Of a stretch of 64,000 bases of DNA, positions 62,809 to 64,000 are shown piece after piece. The notes under the pieces were generated by a model, which saw nothing but the letters and a program-made list of their open reading frames with translations, had not been told where the DNA came from and did not search any database. Origin of the DNA: Convolutriloba macropyga (taxonomy: Eukaryota); assembly GCF_964194025.1 (NCBI RefSeq), contig NC_134473.1, positions 28,892,001 to 28,956,000 of the forward strand, read 5' to 3'. Position 1 is the stretch's first letter; the number at the start of each line of letters is the position of its first letter. A program made the translations under genes and the position numbers.

Positions 62809-64000
62809 TGTTTTCATAAACGCTTGAGTATATGCCTACAGATTATTAAAATGACTGGTCAAATTATTTCTTATTGTGGCTTGCGAAATTAACATTAAAT
62901 AAGCACGCAGCGCGCAAACTCAAATTTATGAGACATATGTACCATCGATGAAATCTGGATCCAGAAGCCAATAGTCAGGCTCTGAATTGCCATCGCCTTC
63001 ATGTCCTGGGCGTTCAGATAGTTTCGGGACCTTTCATTAATTGCACGATCAGTTTGACGAACAAAAAAAATTGCATATGCATTGTTATTACGCTTCAGCA
63101 GTTCAATTATATATACAGTGCTTACAAGAGACGACCAAGATAAAATGTTTATTCAATACAAAAATATATAAGATAAAATGTAAATATTAAAAATGCTTTG
63201 TTTAATGAGCAATCCAACCGAGATACGTTTTGTTAATGTATACTAAGAACTTGAATAATTTAGATTTTGTTTATCTTATTGTTTAGCCATTCAAACATAC
63301 GAAATGAGTTCTGTTCAGAACAGGCCACAGTAGAGACGGTCGACAATTGAAATCTGATTAAATTGAAAAGTATTGAACGGACCACTTTGTCTCCGGATCG
63401 GACTCTAAATTGAGCAGCAAGAGAAAAAACCGGTTAGTAATTCTATTATTTTTGTCACATTTTGGCCTGGTCGAAATATCACTCGAAAGAAAAGACCATT
63501 ATATTCTAGACCTTAGGAAAACTTTTGATTGGTTTCTTGATTGCAGTATACTGTTTTTGTTGTTGGAAAAATATGAACTAATAGCAAAACTATGATAACG
63601 ATCGGAAGATTTTCAATATCATCGAAGAGTAAGGGTCGTTTGCAGCATGTCCTGGGCCTGCTCGTGTTTGCTGATTGTCGAAAGCCTATAGTGCAAAGGT
63701 GAGTTTTAGATCGCAGGCAAATAATTTCGTACAACAATTTGATGATGAAATTAATTTGATGTTTTTTTTATTGCAGACAACGCGTTATTGCTTAAAATTT
63801 TTTCGCATAACACAAGTAAAATTGTATTATCCAACTCCAAAACATTTATTAGAATTGCCCATAAAAGAACCGTAACAAAAAAATATAGACATTTAAAAAA
63901 ATGTTCCCCTGGAAGAGTCAAAGAACAACAGACCTGCAAGGATTATCCTTACGTTGGGTAGGACGGAAGTGGATTTTGTTTGACGTTACAAATTTGTCAA

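Noticed and set aside
58450-64000. 5' LTR of the Gypsy element, or host exons
   Set aside because: No match to the sequence beginning TGTGGCGG (55309, minus strand) was seen, and the short ORFs have no recognisable domains.

Overview
Gene-free, AT-rich, repeat-saturated eukaryotic (most likely invertebrate animal) DNA of heterochromatin-like character; I find no intact host gene, RNA gene or CRISPR array. From left to right: (i) a decayed minus-strand LTR element (566-5833) with an integrase tail, a gB-like/class III env remnant and an extra coiled-coil + DnaJ J-domain ORF next to the PPT; (ii) a fold-back palindrome; (iii) a ~6.2 kb modular satellite; (iv) a CR1/L2-type LINE RT fragment split by a CCC-ended DNA transposon; (v) a ~30 kb complex of very decayed Penelope-like elements (PLEs). 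This complex holds a ~15.6 x 612 bp tandem array whose monomer appears to be the PLE RT core, a ~5.1 kb tandem duplication, and a ~7 kb inverted duplication that keeps a single unamplified copy of the monomer; (vi) more non-autonomous DNA transposons and a second near-perfect palindrome; (vii) an assembly gap; (viii) a frameshifted Ty3/Gypsy (Mag-like) gag-pol remnant and further degenerate repeats. A ~110-165 bp MITE family with 8-bp TSDs occurs about 13 times. Protein-family calls on decayed elements are by-eye motif recognition across stops and frameshifts and need HMM confirmation.
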